Assembly (NCBI GenBank): GCA_965214865.1
Contig: CBDCCN010000004.1
Coordinates: 12,512 to 76,511, forward strand
Origin: Vicinamibacterales bacterium
GTDB taxonomy: Bacteria; Acidobacteriota; Vicinamibacteria; Vicinamibacterales; UBA8438
Reading direction: 5' to 3'
Length of the DNA: 64,000 bases
In this document: piece by piece, positions 25,290 through 34,562 of the stretch
Numbering within the stretch: position 1 is the stretch's first letter
Layout of the letters: every line of letters starts with the position of its first letter
Position numbers and translations under genes: made by a program
The notes under the pieces: model-generated
Seen by the model: the letters and a program-made list of their open reading frames with translations, nothing else
The model's database searches: none
Told to the model about the DNA's origin: nothing

Positions 25290-27667
25290 GCAGCAGAATC
25301 TTCGGCTCCGGAATCCGTCGCCGTGAAGACCCGCGGCTGATCACCGGCAGCGCCACCTACACCGACGACATCAGGCTCCCCGGCATGGCGCACGCGGCCA
25401 TGCTGCGCAGCAGCCACGCGCACGCCCGGATCACGCGCATCGACACCGAGAAGGCCAGGGTCGCCCCGGGCGTCGTCGCCGTCTACACCGGCGCCGACAT
25501 CGAGGGCGCCCTGCAGCCGATGCCCTGCGCGTGGCTGCTTCCCGACTCGGAGCTCAGGGTCGCTCCCTATCCGTGCATCGCGAAGGACGTTGTCCGCTAC
25601 ACGGGCGACATCGTGGCGGCGGTCGTGGCCGAAACCCCGCACCAGGCCTACGACGCGCTCGATCTCATCGAGGTCCACTACGATCCGCTCCCGACCGTGA
25701 CCGATCCGGAGAAGGCGGCCGGGGCGGACGCGCCGCAGCTTCACGCCAAGGACGTCAACGGGGACGACATCAGCGGGAACCAGGCGTTCCACTGGGTGGT
25801 CGCCGGCGGCGGCGACGTCGACGCGGCGTTCGCCGAGGCGGAAGCGAACGGCGTCATCATCAAGGAGCGGATCCTCCAGCAGCGCCTGATTCCGAACGCG
25901 ATGGAGACGCGCGGGGCGGTCGCCCAGTACAACCGGGCGACGGGCGAGCTGACGCTCTGGAACACGACCCAGAATCCGCACATCGTCCGCTTCCTCTGCT
26001 CGGTCGTCACCGGGGTGCCGGAGGACAGGCTGCGCGTCATCGCGCCGGAGGTCGGCGGCGGCTTCGGCAGCAAGATCGCCGCCTACCCCGCCGACTTCGT
26101 CACGGTGTTCTGCTCGAAGACGCTCGGCCGGCCGGTCAAGTGGACCGAGACCCGCAGCGAGAACTACCAGGCGACGACGCACGGCCGCGATCACGTCCAG
26201 GACGTCGAGCTCGCGGCCACGAAGGACGGCAGGATCACCGGGCTGCGCTGCACCGTCCACGCCGGCATGGGAGCGTACCTGTCGACCGCCGCGCCCGGCA
26301 TCCCGACCATCCTGCACGGCCTGATGCTGTCGGGCTGCTACACGATCCCGGCCCTGAAGGAGGACGTCTACGGCGTCTACACCAACGGCGTCCCGGTGGA
26401 GGCGTACCGCGGCGCCGGCCGGCCGGAAGCGACGTTCATGCTCGAGCGGCTGATCGACATGCTGGCCGACCGGCTGGAGATGGATCCGGCCGACGTGCGC
26501 CGGAAGAACTTCATCCCGAAGTTCGACGACGGCCACGAGGTCGTCACCACGCTGAACTACGACAGCGGCGACTACCCCGGCGCGCTGGAGAAGCTGCTGG
26601 AGCACACCGGTTACCGGGCGCTGCGCGAGAAGCAGAAGGCAGGTGCGTCCAACGGGAAGCACCTGGGCCTGGGCCTGTCGTCCTACGTCGAGATCTGCGG
26701 CCTCGGACCGTCGCAGGTGGCCGGGGCCATCGGCTTCCAGGGCGGCCTCTGGGAGAGCGCCATCGTCCGCTTCCACCCGACCGGCAAAGTGCACGTCTTC
26801 ATCGGGGCCTCGCCGCACGGGCAGGGCGAGGAGACGACCTTCGCGCAGATCGTCGCGAGCGAGATCGGCGTCGATGCCGGCGACGTGAAGATCTTCCACG
26901 GCGACACCGACTCCACCCCGATGGGCTGGGGCACCTACGGCAGCCGGACCACCGCGGTGGGCGGCGCGGCGCTGGCCCTGGCCGTGCGCAAGATCCGCGA
27001 CAAGGCGAAGGTGCTGGCCGCGCATCTGCTGGAGGCGTCGGTCGAGGACATGGACTACGAGGACGGCAAGTTCTTCGTCAAGGGGTCCCCCGACAAGGCG
27101 AAGACGATCCAGGACGTCGCCCTGATGGCGAACGTCGCCTGGAACCTGCCGGAGGGCATGGAGGCCGGCCTCGAGGCGTCGACGTTCTACGATCCGCCGA
27201 ACTTCGTCTTCCCCTACGGCGCGCATCTCGCGGTGGTCGAGGTCGATGCGAACACCGGGCACGTCGAGCTGACCGGCTACACGGCGCTCGACGACTGCGG
27301 GCCGCAGATCAACCCCACCATCGTCGAGGGACAGGTGCACGGGGGCATCGTGCAGGGCGTCGGCCAGGCGCTGTGGGAAGGCGCCGCCTACGACGAAAGC
27401 GGACAGCTCGTCACCGGATCGATGCTCGACTACGCGCTGCCGCGGGCCGACCGCCTGCCGGATCTCGACGTCATTTCGACCGTGACGCGATCCCCCCACC
27501 ACCCGCTGGGAGTGAAGGGGATCGGCGAGGCGGGCACGATCGCATCGACGGCCGCCGTCTACAACGCGGTGATGGATGCGCTGAAGCCGCTCGGCGTCAA
27601 GCGCGTGGACATGCCGTTCACGCCCGAGCGGGTGTGGCGCGCCATCCAGGAAGCGAAGGGGAGCTGA
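25286..27667 (+). CDS. coxL: Molybdopterin-binding large subunit, CoxL-like form II (xanthine dehydrogenase family)
   Basis: [28 protein letters not shown]... The active-site loop reads [13 protein letters not shown] (AYRGAGR, not the form I AYRCSFR). The ATGA start overlaps the coxS stop. Confidence 0.9.
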   Translation: MSSRIFGSGIRRREDPRLITGSATYTDDIRLPGMAHAAMLRSSHAHARITRIDTEKARVAPGVVAVYTGADIEGALQPMPCAWLLPDSELRVAPYPCIAKDVVRYTGDIVAAVVAETPHQAYDALDLIEVHYDPLPTVTDPEKAAGADAPQLHAKDVNGDDISGNQAFHWVVAGGGDVDAAFAEAEANGVIIKERILQQRLIPNAMETRGAVAQYNRATGELTLWNTTQNPHIVRFLCSVVTGVPEDRLRVIAPEVGGGFGSKIAAYPADFVTVFCSKTLGRPVKWTETRSENYQATTHGRDHVQDVELAATKDGRITGLRCTVHAGMGAYLSTAAPGIPTILHGLMLSGCYTIPALKEDVYGVYTNGVPVEAYRGAGRPEATFMLERLIDMLADRLEMDPADVRRKNFIPKFDDGHEVVTTLNYDSGDYPGALEKLLEHTGYRALREKQKAGASNGKHLGLGLSSYVEICGLGPSQVAGAIGFQGGLWESAIVRFHPTGKVHVFIGASPHGQGEETTFAQIVASEIGVDAGDVKIFHGDTDSTPMGWGTYGSRTTAVGGAALALAVRKIRDKAKVLAAHLLEASVEDMDYEDGKFFVKGSPDKAKTIQDVALMANVAWNLPEGMEAGLEASTFYDPPNFVFPYGAHLAVVEVDANTGHVELTGYTALDDCGPQINPTIVEGQVHGGIVQGVGQALWEGAAYDESGQLVTGSMLDYALPRADRLPDLDVISTVTRSPHHPLGVKGIGEAGTIASTAAVYNAVMDALKPLGVKRVDMPFTPERVWRAIQEAKGS

Positions 27668-27670
27668 GCC

Positions 27671-28582
27671 ATGTTCGCTGCCGATTTCGAGTACTACCGG
27701 GCGGGCTCGGTCGCCGAGGCAGGCCGACTGCTCGCCGCGCACCCCGGCGCGAAGCTCCTCGCGGGCGGCCACAGCCTGATTCCGCTGCTCAAGCTGCGCT
27801 TGGCGGCGCCGGCCGCGGTGGTGGACATCGGACGCATCGCGGAGTTGCGCGGCATCTCCACCGACCGCGACGGGCTGCGCATCGGCGCGCTGACCACCCA
27901 CGCGGAGATCGCCGCGTCGGACGCGGTCAAGGAGCACGCGGCGGCGCTCGCCGAGGCGGCGAGCCAGATCGGCGACCCGGCGGTGCGCAACCGCGGCACC
28001 ATCGGGGGCAACCTCGCGCACGCCGACCCCGCGTCGGATCTTCCGACGGTGCTCGCGGCGCTCGGCGCCGCGCTGACGGTGGCGGGCAGGGACGGCGAGC
28101 GCTCGGTCACCGCCGGCGACTTCTTCACCGGCGTCATGACGACGTCGCTCGGCGAGAACGACCTGCTCACCTCGATCCGGGTCCCCTCGGCCGCGGGCCG
28201 CGGCACCGCCTACGTCAAGTTCTCGCATCCCGCCTCGCGCTACGCCGTCATCGGCGTGGCCGCCTGCATCGGCAACGGCACCCGCGGCGGGGGCTGGATG
28301 TCCAAGTTCAAGGGCGAGACCAAAGAGACCGTCTGCACGGACGTCTCCGTCGCCATCGGCGGGCTCGTGCCGAAGCCGGTGCGCTGCGGGGCGGTCGAGG
28401 CGGCGCTGCGGGACCAGCCCCCGTCGGACGAGGCGTTCGCCGCCGCGGCCGCCGCGGTGTCGGGCGATCTCGACAGCGACGACCTGCTCGGCGACGTCTT
28501 CGCGGCGGCCGACTACCGCAAGGCGGTCGCGCCGGTGTACGTCCAGCGCGCGCTGGCGGCGGCGGCGGGGCGGGCCGGGTAG
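27671..28582 (+). CDS. coxM: FAD-binding medium subunit (CoxM/CutM-like)
   Basis: FEYYRAGSVAEAGRLLAAHPGAKLLAGGHSLIPLLKLRLA...IGGNLAHADPASD is typical of the FAD_binding_5 / CO dehydrogenase flavoprotein family. Confidence 0.9.
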   Translation: MFAADFEYYRAGSVAEAGRLLAAHPGAKLLAGGHSLIPLLKLRLAAPAAVVDIGRIAELRGISTDRDGLRIGALTTHAEIAASDAVKEHAAALAEAASQIGDPAVRNRGTIGGNLAHADPASDLPTVLAALGAALTVAGRDGERSVTAGDFFTGVMTTSLGENDLLTSIRVPSAAGRGTAYVKFSHPASRYAVIGVAACIGNGTRGGGWMSKFKGETKETVCTDVSVAIGGLVPKPVRCGAVEAALRDQPPSDEAFAAAAAAVSGDLDSDDLLGDVFAAADYRKAVAPVYVQRALAAAAGRAG

Positions 28583-28633
28583 GCGCGCGGTCGCGCGGCT
28601 CAGGTCGGACGGATCCCGGATTCAGGGCGCGCA

Positions 28634-29041
28634 TCACAGCGAACCCTTCGGCGCGACCCACTCCATCTCCTGGCGGGTGACGGCCGCGATGGTGTCGAAG
28701 TCCGCGTCGTAGTGCAACACCGTCATGCGGGCCGCCTCGGCCGCCGCCGCGATGATCAGGTCCGGTATCGGCAGGCGATGCCACCCCCGCGCGGCCAGCA
28801 GTCCCTGAACTTCGACGGCCCGTTCGAAGATCGCGTTCGTCAATTCGACGTTGCTATAGGCGAGTTCCCGACGGGCACGAGTACGCGCATGCTCGTCCCG
28901 ATTGCGCGTCGAGTACAGGACCTCAAGCTCGATGATCGCGCATGTCGCCGCCTCACCCGCTGCAATGACGGGCGCGAGCCGCGCCTGAACGCGCGGGTGC
29001 TCCATCCGAGCCAGCGCGCTCTTGTCGATCAGACAGGGCAT
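28634..29041 (-). CDS. vapC: PIN-domain toxin (VapC)
   Basis: 135 aa, MPCLIDKSAL...ELEVLYS...PIPDLIIAAAAEAARMTVLHYDADFD. The acidic PIN residues are placed as expected. It lies directly downstream of a small antitoxin gene. Confidence 0.85.
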   Translation of the reverse strand: MPCLIDKSALARMEHPRVQARLAPVIAAGEAATCAIIELEVLYSTRNRDEHARTRARRELAYSNVELTNAIFERAVEVQGLLAARGWHRLPIPDLIIAAAAEAARMTVLHYDADFDTIAAVTRQEMEWVAPKGSL

Positions 29042-29062
29042 GCGTCGGGATGGCGGCGGCGG

Positions 29063-29272
29063 TCAGGATCGCCACGCCTTCGCCATCACCTGCTCATCGG
29101 CCAGATCGAGCCCGTCCATGGCGGCGAGCGCCCTGATCTCGCGGCGTCGCGCCTCGGCACGCACGACTTCACGCAGCGCGCGGTCTATCGTCTCCTTGAT
29201 CGACGACGTGCCGAGCACGTCCCGCACCTGCTCGAGCAGGCGGTCATCGACGTCGACACTCGTTTTCCGCAT
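29063..29272 (-). CDS. vapB: VapB-type antitoxin
   Basis: 69 aa, MRKTSVDVDDRLLEQVRDVLGTSSIKETIDRALREVV..., a typical VapB/DUF2191-like N-terminus. It lies upstream of vapC. Confidence 0.8.
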   Translation of the reverse strand: MRKTSVDVDDRLLEQVRDVLGTSSIKETIDRALREVVRAEARRREIRALAAMDGLDLADEQVMAKAWRS

Positions 29273-29301
29273 GGCAGTCCCTTCCTGCAGCCCTCGTGGA
29301 A

Positions 29302-29332
29302 TGATATATCAGCCGCCTCTGATTTGATATCA
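29302..29332. promoter_or_regulatory. Two AT-rich palindromes (TGATATATCA, TGATATCA) upstream of vapB; candidate VapB operator/promoter
   Basis: Palindromes at 29302-29311 and 29325-29332, 30-60 nt upstream of the vapB start. This is an AT-rich spot in otherwise GC-rich DNA, lying between vapB (-) and coxD (+). Confidence 0.45.
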
Positions 29333-29352
29333 TCACAGTCGGTAGATTGACC

Positions 29353-30300
29353 ATGCCCCCATCGACGCCCGCATCCATCGACGACCTCGGACGGCTCCTC
29401 GCGGAACACCTGTACATCGCCGACGACGGCCTCGCGACGGCCATCTACCTGGCGCTGAAACTGCGCCGCCCGCTGTTGCTCGAAGGCGAGGCGGGGGTAG
29501 GCAAGACCGAGGTCGCCAAGGTCCTTTCGGCCGCGCTCGGCGCAGACCTGATCCGCCTCCAGTGCTACGAGGGACTCGACGTCACCCACGCCGTCTACGA
29601 ATGGAACTACGCGCGGCAGTTGATCGAGATCCGGCTCGGCGAGGCGGCCGGCGACCAGGCGCGTGACCGCCGCGAGCGCGCGCGCGAGCTGTTCGGTCCC
29701 GAGTTCCTCATTGAGCGACCACTCCTCCAGGCGTTGCGGAACGGCCGGGAACGGCCGCCGGTGCTGCTCATCGACGAGCTCGACCGCGCCGACGAGGAGT
29801 TCGAAGGCTACCTGCTGGAGCTGCTCTCCGACTTCCAGATCACGATCCCGGAGCTCGGCACCATCAAGGCGGCGGCGCCCCCCGTCGTCGTCATCACCTC
29901 CAACCGCACCCGCGAGCTGCACGACGCACTGAAGCGGCGCTGCGTCTACGCCTGGATCGACTACCCCGGCTTCGAGAAGGAGCTGCGGATCATCACCACC
30001 AAGGTGCCCGAGGCCCCGGCCGTGCTCGCCGAGCAGGTGACGGGGTTCGTGCAGGAGCTGCGGCAGGCCGACCTCTACAAGGTGACCGGCGTGTCGGAGA
30101 CGCTCGACTGGGTGGCGGCGCTCGTCGCCCTCCACCGTCAGGAGCTCGACGCGGCGACCATCGAGCGCACGCTCGGCATCGTCCTCAAGACGCAGGAGGA
30201 CCTGCAGAACGTCCGCGGCGAGCGGATTCAGCAGATGCTGAACCGGGCGAAGACGCCGGGGGCCCGGACGGCCGGGGCGGACAGGCCCGCCCGCGGCTGA
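29353..30300 (+). CDS. coxD: MoxR-type AAA+ ATPase (CoxD-like)
   Basis: Walker A (LLLEGEAGVGKT) and Walker B (VLLIDELDRAD), with CoxD/MoxR-like length and order. ATG 29353; the ORF track uses TTG 29347. Confidence 0.88.
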   Translation: MPPSTPASIDDLGRLLAEHLYIADDGLATAIYLALKLRRPLLLEGEAGVGKTEVAKVLSAALGADLIRLQCYEGLDVTHAVYEWNYARQLIEIRLGEAAGDQARDRRERARELFGPEFLIERPLLQALRNGRERPPVLLIDELDRADEEFEGYLLELLSDFQITIPELGTIKAAAPPVVVITSNRTRELHDALKRRCVYAWIDYPGFEKELRIITTKVPEAPAVLAEQVTGFVQELRQADLYKVTGVSETLDWVAALVALHRQELDAATIERTLGIVLKTQEDLQNVRGERIQQMLNRAKTPGARTAGADRPARG

Positions 30301-30314
30301 CCATCGACCGAGCC

Positions 30315-31520
30315 GTGTCCTTCCTCCTCCACAACCTGCTCCACTTCACCCGGCTGCTCCACCGCCTGGGGCTCGACGTGCAGGCCGGCCGCGCGCGCGA
30401 GGCGGCGGCGGCGCTCGCCCACGTCGACGTCGGACGGCGGGCCGACTTCTACCACACGCTGCGCAGCCTGCTCATCCACCGCGCGGAAGACCTCGCGGTG
30501 TTCGACGAGGCGTTCCGCGTGTTCTGGCGGCGCCCGCACGGCGACTGGACCGAGAAGGACCTGAGCGCGATGGGCGAGAAGCGGCGCTCGGGGGCGCCGG
30601 AGTACGAATCGGAGGCGCCGGAATCGAATGCCGAAGACGAAGGCGGAGAGCGGCGGGCCGGCTATCAGGTGGAACGGATGGCGGTGCTCAGCTACAGCGA
30701 TCGCGAGTCGCTCTACGCCAAGGACTTCGAGCACTTCACCGAGGACGAACTGGCCGCGGCCGAGCGGATGCTGGCGGACCTGGACTGGGATCCGGGCGAG
30801 CGTACGTCCAGGCGCTGGACGGCCGGCCGGGGACCGGCGCCGGACCTGCGCCGGGCGGTGCGCGCCAACATGCGCTACGGCGGCGAGCTGGTCGACCTGC
30901 CGGAACGGCGGCGGAAGACGAAACGGCGCCCGCTGATCCTGCTGTGCGACGTCAGCGGCTCGATGGAACGCTACAGCCGGATGCTGCTCCACTTCGTGCA
31001 CGCGCTGACCGGCGGCGGGAGGCTGGGCCGGGTCGAGTCGTTCGTCTTCGCGACACGGTTGACGCGCATCACCCGGCAGCTCGTCACGCGCAAGGCCGAG
31101 GTCGCGGTGCCCGGCCTCCCGCGCACGATCGCCGACTTCGGCGGCGGCACGCGGATCGGCGACGCGCTGCGGACGTTCAACGTCGAGTGGGCGCGGCGGG
31201 TCCGCGGCCAGGGACCGGTCGTGCTGCTGATCTCGGACGGCTGGGACCGCGGAGAGCCGGTGCGGCTGCGGGCGGAGATCGCACGACTCCAGCGCTCGTG
31301 CCGGCGCCTGATCTGGCTGAACCCGCTGCTCGGATCCCCGGATTACGTGCCCCTGACGCGCGGCATGCAGGCCGCTCTGCCGGCAATAGACGACTTTCTC
31401 CCGGTCCACAACCTCGCCAGCCTCGAGGCGCTGGCCCGCCACCTGAACAACCTGCCGGCGCACCGTCCGGCCCGGCGTCAGGCGCCGGTCACGTCCGCTC
31501 CGAACCGGGCGCCGGCGTAG
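30315..31520 (+). CDS. coxE: VWA domain protein (CoxE-like)
   Basis: The C-terminal VWA domain has the MIDAS motif LILLCDVSGSM. The N-terminus (LLHFTRLLHRLGLDV) is typical of CoxE. It follows coxD. Confidence 0.85.
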   Translation: MSFLLHNLLHFTRLLHRLGLDVQAGRAREAAAALAHVDVGRRADFYHTLRSLLIHRAEDLAVFDEAFRVFWRRPHGDWTEKDLSAMGEKRRSGAPEYESEAPESNAEDEGGERRAGYQVERMAVLSYSDRESLYAKDFEHFTEDELAAAERMLADLDWDPGERTSRRWTAGRGPAPDLRRAVRANMRYGGELVDLPERRRKTKRRPLILLCDVSGSMERYSRMLLHFVHALTGGGRLGRVESFVFATRLTRITRQLVTRKAEVAVPGLPRTIADFGGGTRIGDALRTFNVEWARRVRGQGPVVLLISDGWDRGEPVRLRAEIARLQRSCRRLIWLNPLLGSPDYVPLTRGMQAALPAIDDFLPVHNLASLEALARHLNNLPAHRPARRQAPVTSAPNRAPA

Positions 31521-31647
31521 TCGGCGCCTCCGGTCGCCGCGGACTCCCGGCTTCGCGCGGTACGCTCGTGACATGGAAGTTTCGACCATCTACACGTCGC
31601 CGAGGCCGAGCCGAAGTTCGATCCCGTCGTCTTGTATGCTCAATGAC

Positions 31648-32106
31648 ATGGAAGTTTCGGCCCACTACAAGTTCGACGCACCGCGGCAGCGGGTCTGGGA
31701 TCTGCTGGTCGATCCCGAGGTCATCGCCGGCTGCCTGCCCGGCTGCGAGTCGATGGCGCCCACGGGTGACGACACCTGGCGCGCCACGCTGACCATCGGT
31801 ATCGCCGCCGTCACCGGGCGCTACCAGGGCACCGTCCGCATGACCGACAAGGACGAGCCGGCGGGCTATACGCTCGCCGTCGAGGGCAAGGGCAAACCGG
31901 GTTTCGTGAACGGCTCGGCCAACATCGCGCTGACGGAGACCGACGGCGGGGCGCGGACGAGCGTCGCGGTGACCGGGAACGCGCAGGTCGGCGGCACCAT
32001 CGCCCGCGTCGGCCAGCGGCTGCTGGGCGGCGTCTCGAAGATGACGATGGACCGCTTCTTCGCCTGCCTGCAGGAAAAGGCGAAGGCCTCGGGCGGGGGG
32101 TCATGA
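31648..32106 (+). CDS. coxG: SRPBCC-fold protein (CoxG-like)
   Basis: MEVSAHYKFDAPRQRVWDLLVDPEVIAGCLPGCES matches CoxG N-termini. An in-frame duplicated start at 31573 would add 25 aa. Confidence 0.8.
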   Translation: MEVSAHYKFDAPRQRVWDLLVDPEVIAGCLPGCESMAPTGDDTWRATLTIGIAAVTGRYQGTVRMTDKDEPAGYTLAVEGKGKPGFVNGSANIALTETDGGARTSVAVTGNAQVGGTIARVGQRLLGGVSKMTMDRFFACLQEKAKASGGGS

Positions 32107-34562
32107 CGCTGTTCCGGGAACGCCGCGGCCAGCCTGCCCCCGGGCCCCTGGCGGCCGCCGGGCATGACACGTTTCGGAACCTGCGCCAGGCGAATCGCGC
32201 GCTGCGCGCCCGCCTGGCGAATCTCGATCCGAACGGAACACCGGGAACCGTCTTCGACTTCGCTTTCGCACCGCACAACCACTATCACATGATGACGGCG
32301 TTTCCGGTTGCCGAGCGTGTCCGGCGGGGCGGTCTGAGCGTATGCTTCCTCGACTTCACGAAAGTACTCCGCGACGAGGGGTTGCAGGGAGCCGTAGCTC
32401 GACTCGAGGAACGGCACTGCCGCGACGTTTCCGCCTTCATCGCCGCCGGCCATGGCTTCAGGAACCTGGTCGTGTTCAACGACTGGGACCGGCAGTCCAC
32501 TCATCCGCTCGTCCTGGACGCGAAGGAGATGGGGATCAGCACCATCGGCTTCGTCGAAGGAGTCAACGACTTCGACGACGTCGACACCGGAAAACGGCGC
32601 AATGCCTACCGAACCGTCGAGTGGGTGCTTGGCGCCGGAGAGAACGATCGCCGGTTTTTCGATGCGCTTGGCGACAGGTTCCGGGTTGTCGGGTTTCCAC
32701 GGATTGCGGACGATCTGCTGCGGCCCCGTCAGGCTCCCAGCCGGATGCGCGCCGTAATCAACGTCAACTTCACCTACAACGTTCTGACCCACGAACGGGA
32801 CCGCTGGCTCACCTCGGCGATAGAAGGGTGTCGAGTGGCCGGAATCGAGTACGTCATCTCTCGGCATCCGGCCGACAAGGGCGATCTGGCCGGCCATCCG
32901 CTGGACCCGAGGAGCTTCCACGAGTCGATGACCGAGAACGCGGTTCTAATCAGCCGTTTCAGCTCCTGCATCATCGAAGCGCTGGCGCTGGGGCGTGCCG
33001 TCGTCTACCACAACCCCGATGTCGAAAGGGTGGACAAGTTTCGTGATCCGCTGGGCGCCTATAGCGTAAGCACCGACGTTTCGAGTCTGGCGGGCTCGCT
33101 GAAGTTCGAATTGGCCCGGGAGGGCAGCGTCGTCGATAGAAGAAGCAGGTTCCTGGCCGAGCACTGCGATTTTTCCGATAATTTCATCCCGTACGAGAAA
33201 GCAGCGGAGGTGTTGAGGGAGATTCACGCAGCACATGCGCCTGCGGCTCGCGAACCAGGTTCCAGGGCAGTGAACCCGTCGCCGTCCATGACCACCGAAT
33301 CGACTGCGGGCCGGGCGTCGAATCCGCTCGCGCGCCTGATGGCCAGCGAACATGCCCGGAGGTGGCCGGTCAGCCCGACCGCCTGGCTGCTCGCTGCGGG
33401 GCTGGCTCTTGTCGGCGCAGGGTTCACCGACGTCATCCGGAGCGTCTGGTTCGCCGCTGCGGGGCTGGCCGTGGTCGGTCTGGTCATCGCGAAGGAGTCC
33501 ATTCTGTGGCGGTGGCGGCTCGACCGGACCCGCGGCGAACTGGCTGCGCAACGGGCCGAGTCGCGAAAGTTCGCAGAGGCGCTGGCGGCCGAGCGGGGCC
33601 GGGCGGAGAAGGCGCTGAGCAAGGCCCTGGCGGCCGAGCGAAGCCGGGCGGAGAAGGCGCTGAACGCGGCCCTGGCGGCCGAGCGAAGCCGCAGATCGCT
33701 GGTGGACGTGCATCTCGCGGATCGGGATCTTCCCGTTCGGCGGGTCCTGTTGCTGTGCACGACGCAGCGATCGGGGAGTACGTGGCTGTTCGACATGCTG
33801 CGCACACACCCGGCCGTGCGGGTGGAGCCGACGGTGCGGGTATGGAGTGAACTGCTGCTCATGGACGGATGGCGGTATCCCGGTGCGTTCCATCACGTCG
33901 ATGGCGCGTCGACGCCCATCGAAGTGGCGCCGGGTCTGGCAGCGGCGATTCCCACGTTTCCGCGCGCCGGGGTCCCGGACGTGCGGGACGTCGACGAAGC
34001 CGACCGTTGGACTCTGGAGAAGACGCACCCCCAATTCGTCGAGTTCGACGCCGCCGGGCTCGGTGCGCGGATCATGAGCCTCCGGAAGCGCGGCGTGGAC
34101 GTCGAGGTCGTCTACGGCGTGCGCAGTCCGCTCGACACCATGTGGTCGATGGCCGAGTTCAAGACGCGCGACCGGAAGTGGTACGGAAGGTTGCCGGTCG
34201 CGGAGGTGCCTCGGTTCATCGCGAAATCCCTCGACGTGCTGGCGGCGTTGCACGCCCTGGTCGGAGGGACCATCGTCGAGTACGAGACCCTGCCGGACGG
34301 CGCCGTGATGAACACGCTGTGCCGGCGACTCGATCCATCCTGGAACGACGCGGCGGTAAAGGCGTGGCTCGTGCACGCTGCGGCGGTGACCGAGCGGTCG
34401 AGGCGCCGGCAACGGTCGGGGTTCCTGGGCAAAACGCGGTCGCGCCGGGACCCGGACGGTCCGGATCGGGCGTGGCTTCCGTGTGCCGCCGAGATCGAGG
34501 CCGCGGATGCGGCCTACCGTCGTTTGCTCGCCGCCCGCGAACCGGCGAGCATGGTCGGATGA
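32103..34562 (+). CDS. Large fusion protein: N-terminal transferase-like domain, central TM/coiled-coil segment, C-terminal sulfotransferase-like domain
   Basis: 819 aa. Central hydrophobic helices (WLLAAGLALVGAGF, WFAAAGLAVVGLVIA), then AAER.RAEKAL repeats. The C-terminal domain starts with the PAPS-loop-like VLLLCTTQRSGSTWLFDML. ATGA overlap with the coxG stop. Confidence 0.75.
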   Translation: MTLFRERRGQPAPGPLAAAGHDTFRNLRQANRALRARLANLDPNGTPGTVFDFAFAPHNHYHMMTAFPVAERVRRGGLSVCFLDFTKVLRDEGLQGAVARLEERHCRDVSAFIAAGHGFRNLVVFNDWDRQSTHPLVLDAKEMGISTIGFVEGVNDFDDVDTGKRRNAYRTVEWVLGAGENDRRFFDALGDRFRVVGFPRIADDLLRPRQAPSRMRAVINVNFTYNVLTHERDRWLTSAIEGCRVAGIEYVISRHPADKGDLAGHPLDPRSFHESMTENAVLISRFSSCIIEALALGRAVVYHNPDVERVDKFRDPLGAYSVSTDVSSLAGSLKFELAREGSVVDRRSRFLAEHCDFSDNFIPYEKAAEVLREIHAAHAPAAREPGSRAVNPSPSMTTESTAGRASNPLARLMASEHARRWPVSPTAWLLAAGLALVGAGFTDVIRSVWFAAAGLAVVGLVIAKESILWRWRLDRTRGELAAQRAESRKFAEALAAERGRAEKALSKALAAERSRAEKALNAALAAERSRRSLVDVHLADRDLPVRRVLLLCTTQRSGSTWLFDMLRTHPAVRVEPTVRVWSELLLMDGWRYPGAFHHVDGASTPIEVAPGLAAAIPTFPRAGVPDVRDVDEADRWTLEKTHPQFVEFDAAGLGARIMSLRKRGVDVEVVYGVRSPLDTMWSMAEFKTRDRKWYGRLPVAEVPRFIAKSLDVLAALHALVGGTIVEYETLPDGAVMNTLCRRLDPSWNDAAVKAWLVHAAAVTERSRRRQRSGFLGKTRSRRDPDGPDRAWLPCAAEIEAADAAYRRLLAAREPASMVG
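33583..33700. repeat. 45-bp tandem repeat (about 2.6 copies) inside the fusion gene
   Basis: CTGGCGGCCGAGCG... restarts at 33583, 33628 and 33673, encoding ALAAER(G/S)RAEKAL(S/N)(K/A). Confidence 0.85.

Noticed and set aside
25211-28680. 1005-aa (-) and 1049-aa (+) ORFs across coxL/coxM.
   Set aside because: Same artefact. The coxS/L/M frames carry the diagnostic Fe-S, molybdopterin and FAD motifs.
29185-30135. 316-aa minus-strand ORF overlapping vapB and coxD.
   Set aside because: It is antisense to the MoxR ATPase gene, which has clear Walker motifs, and its translation is low-complexity.
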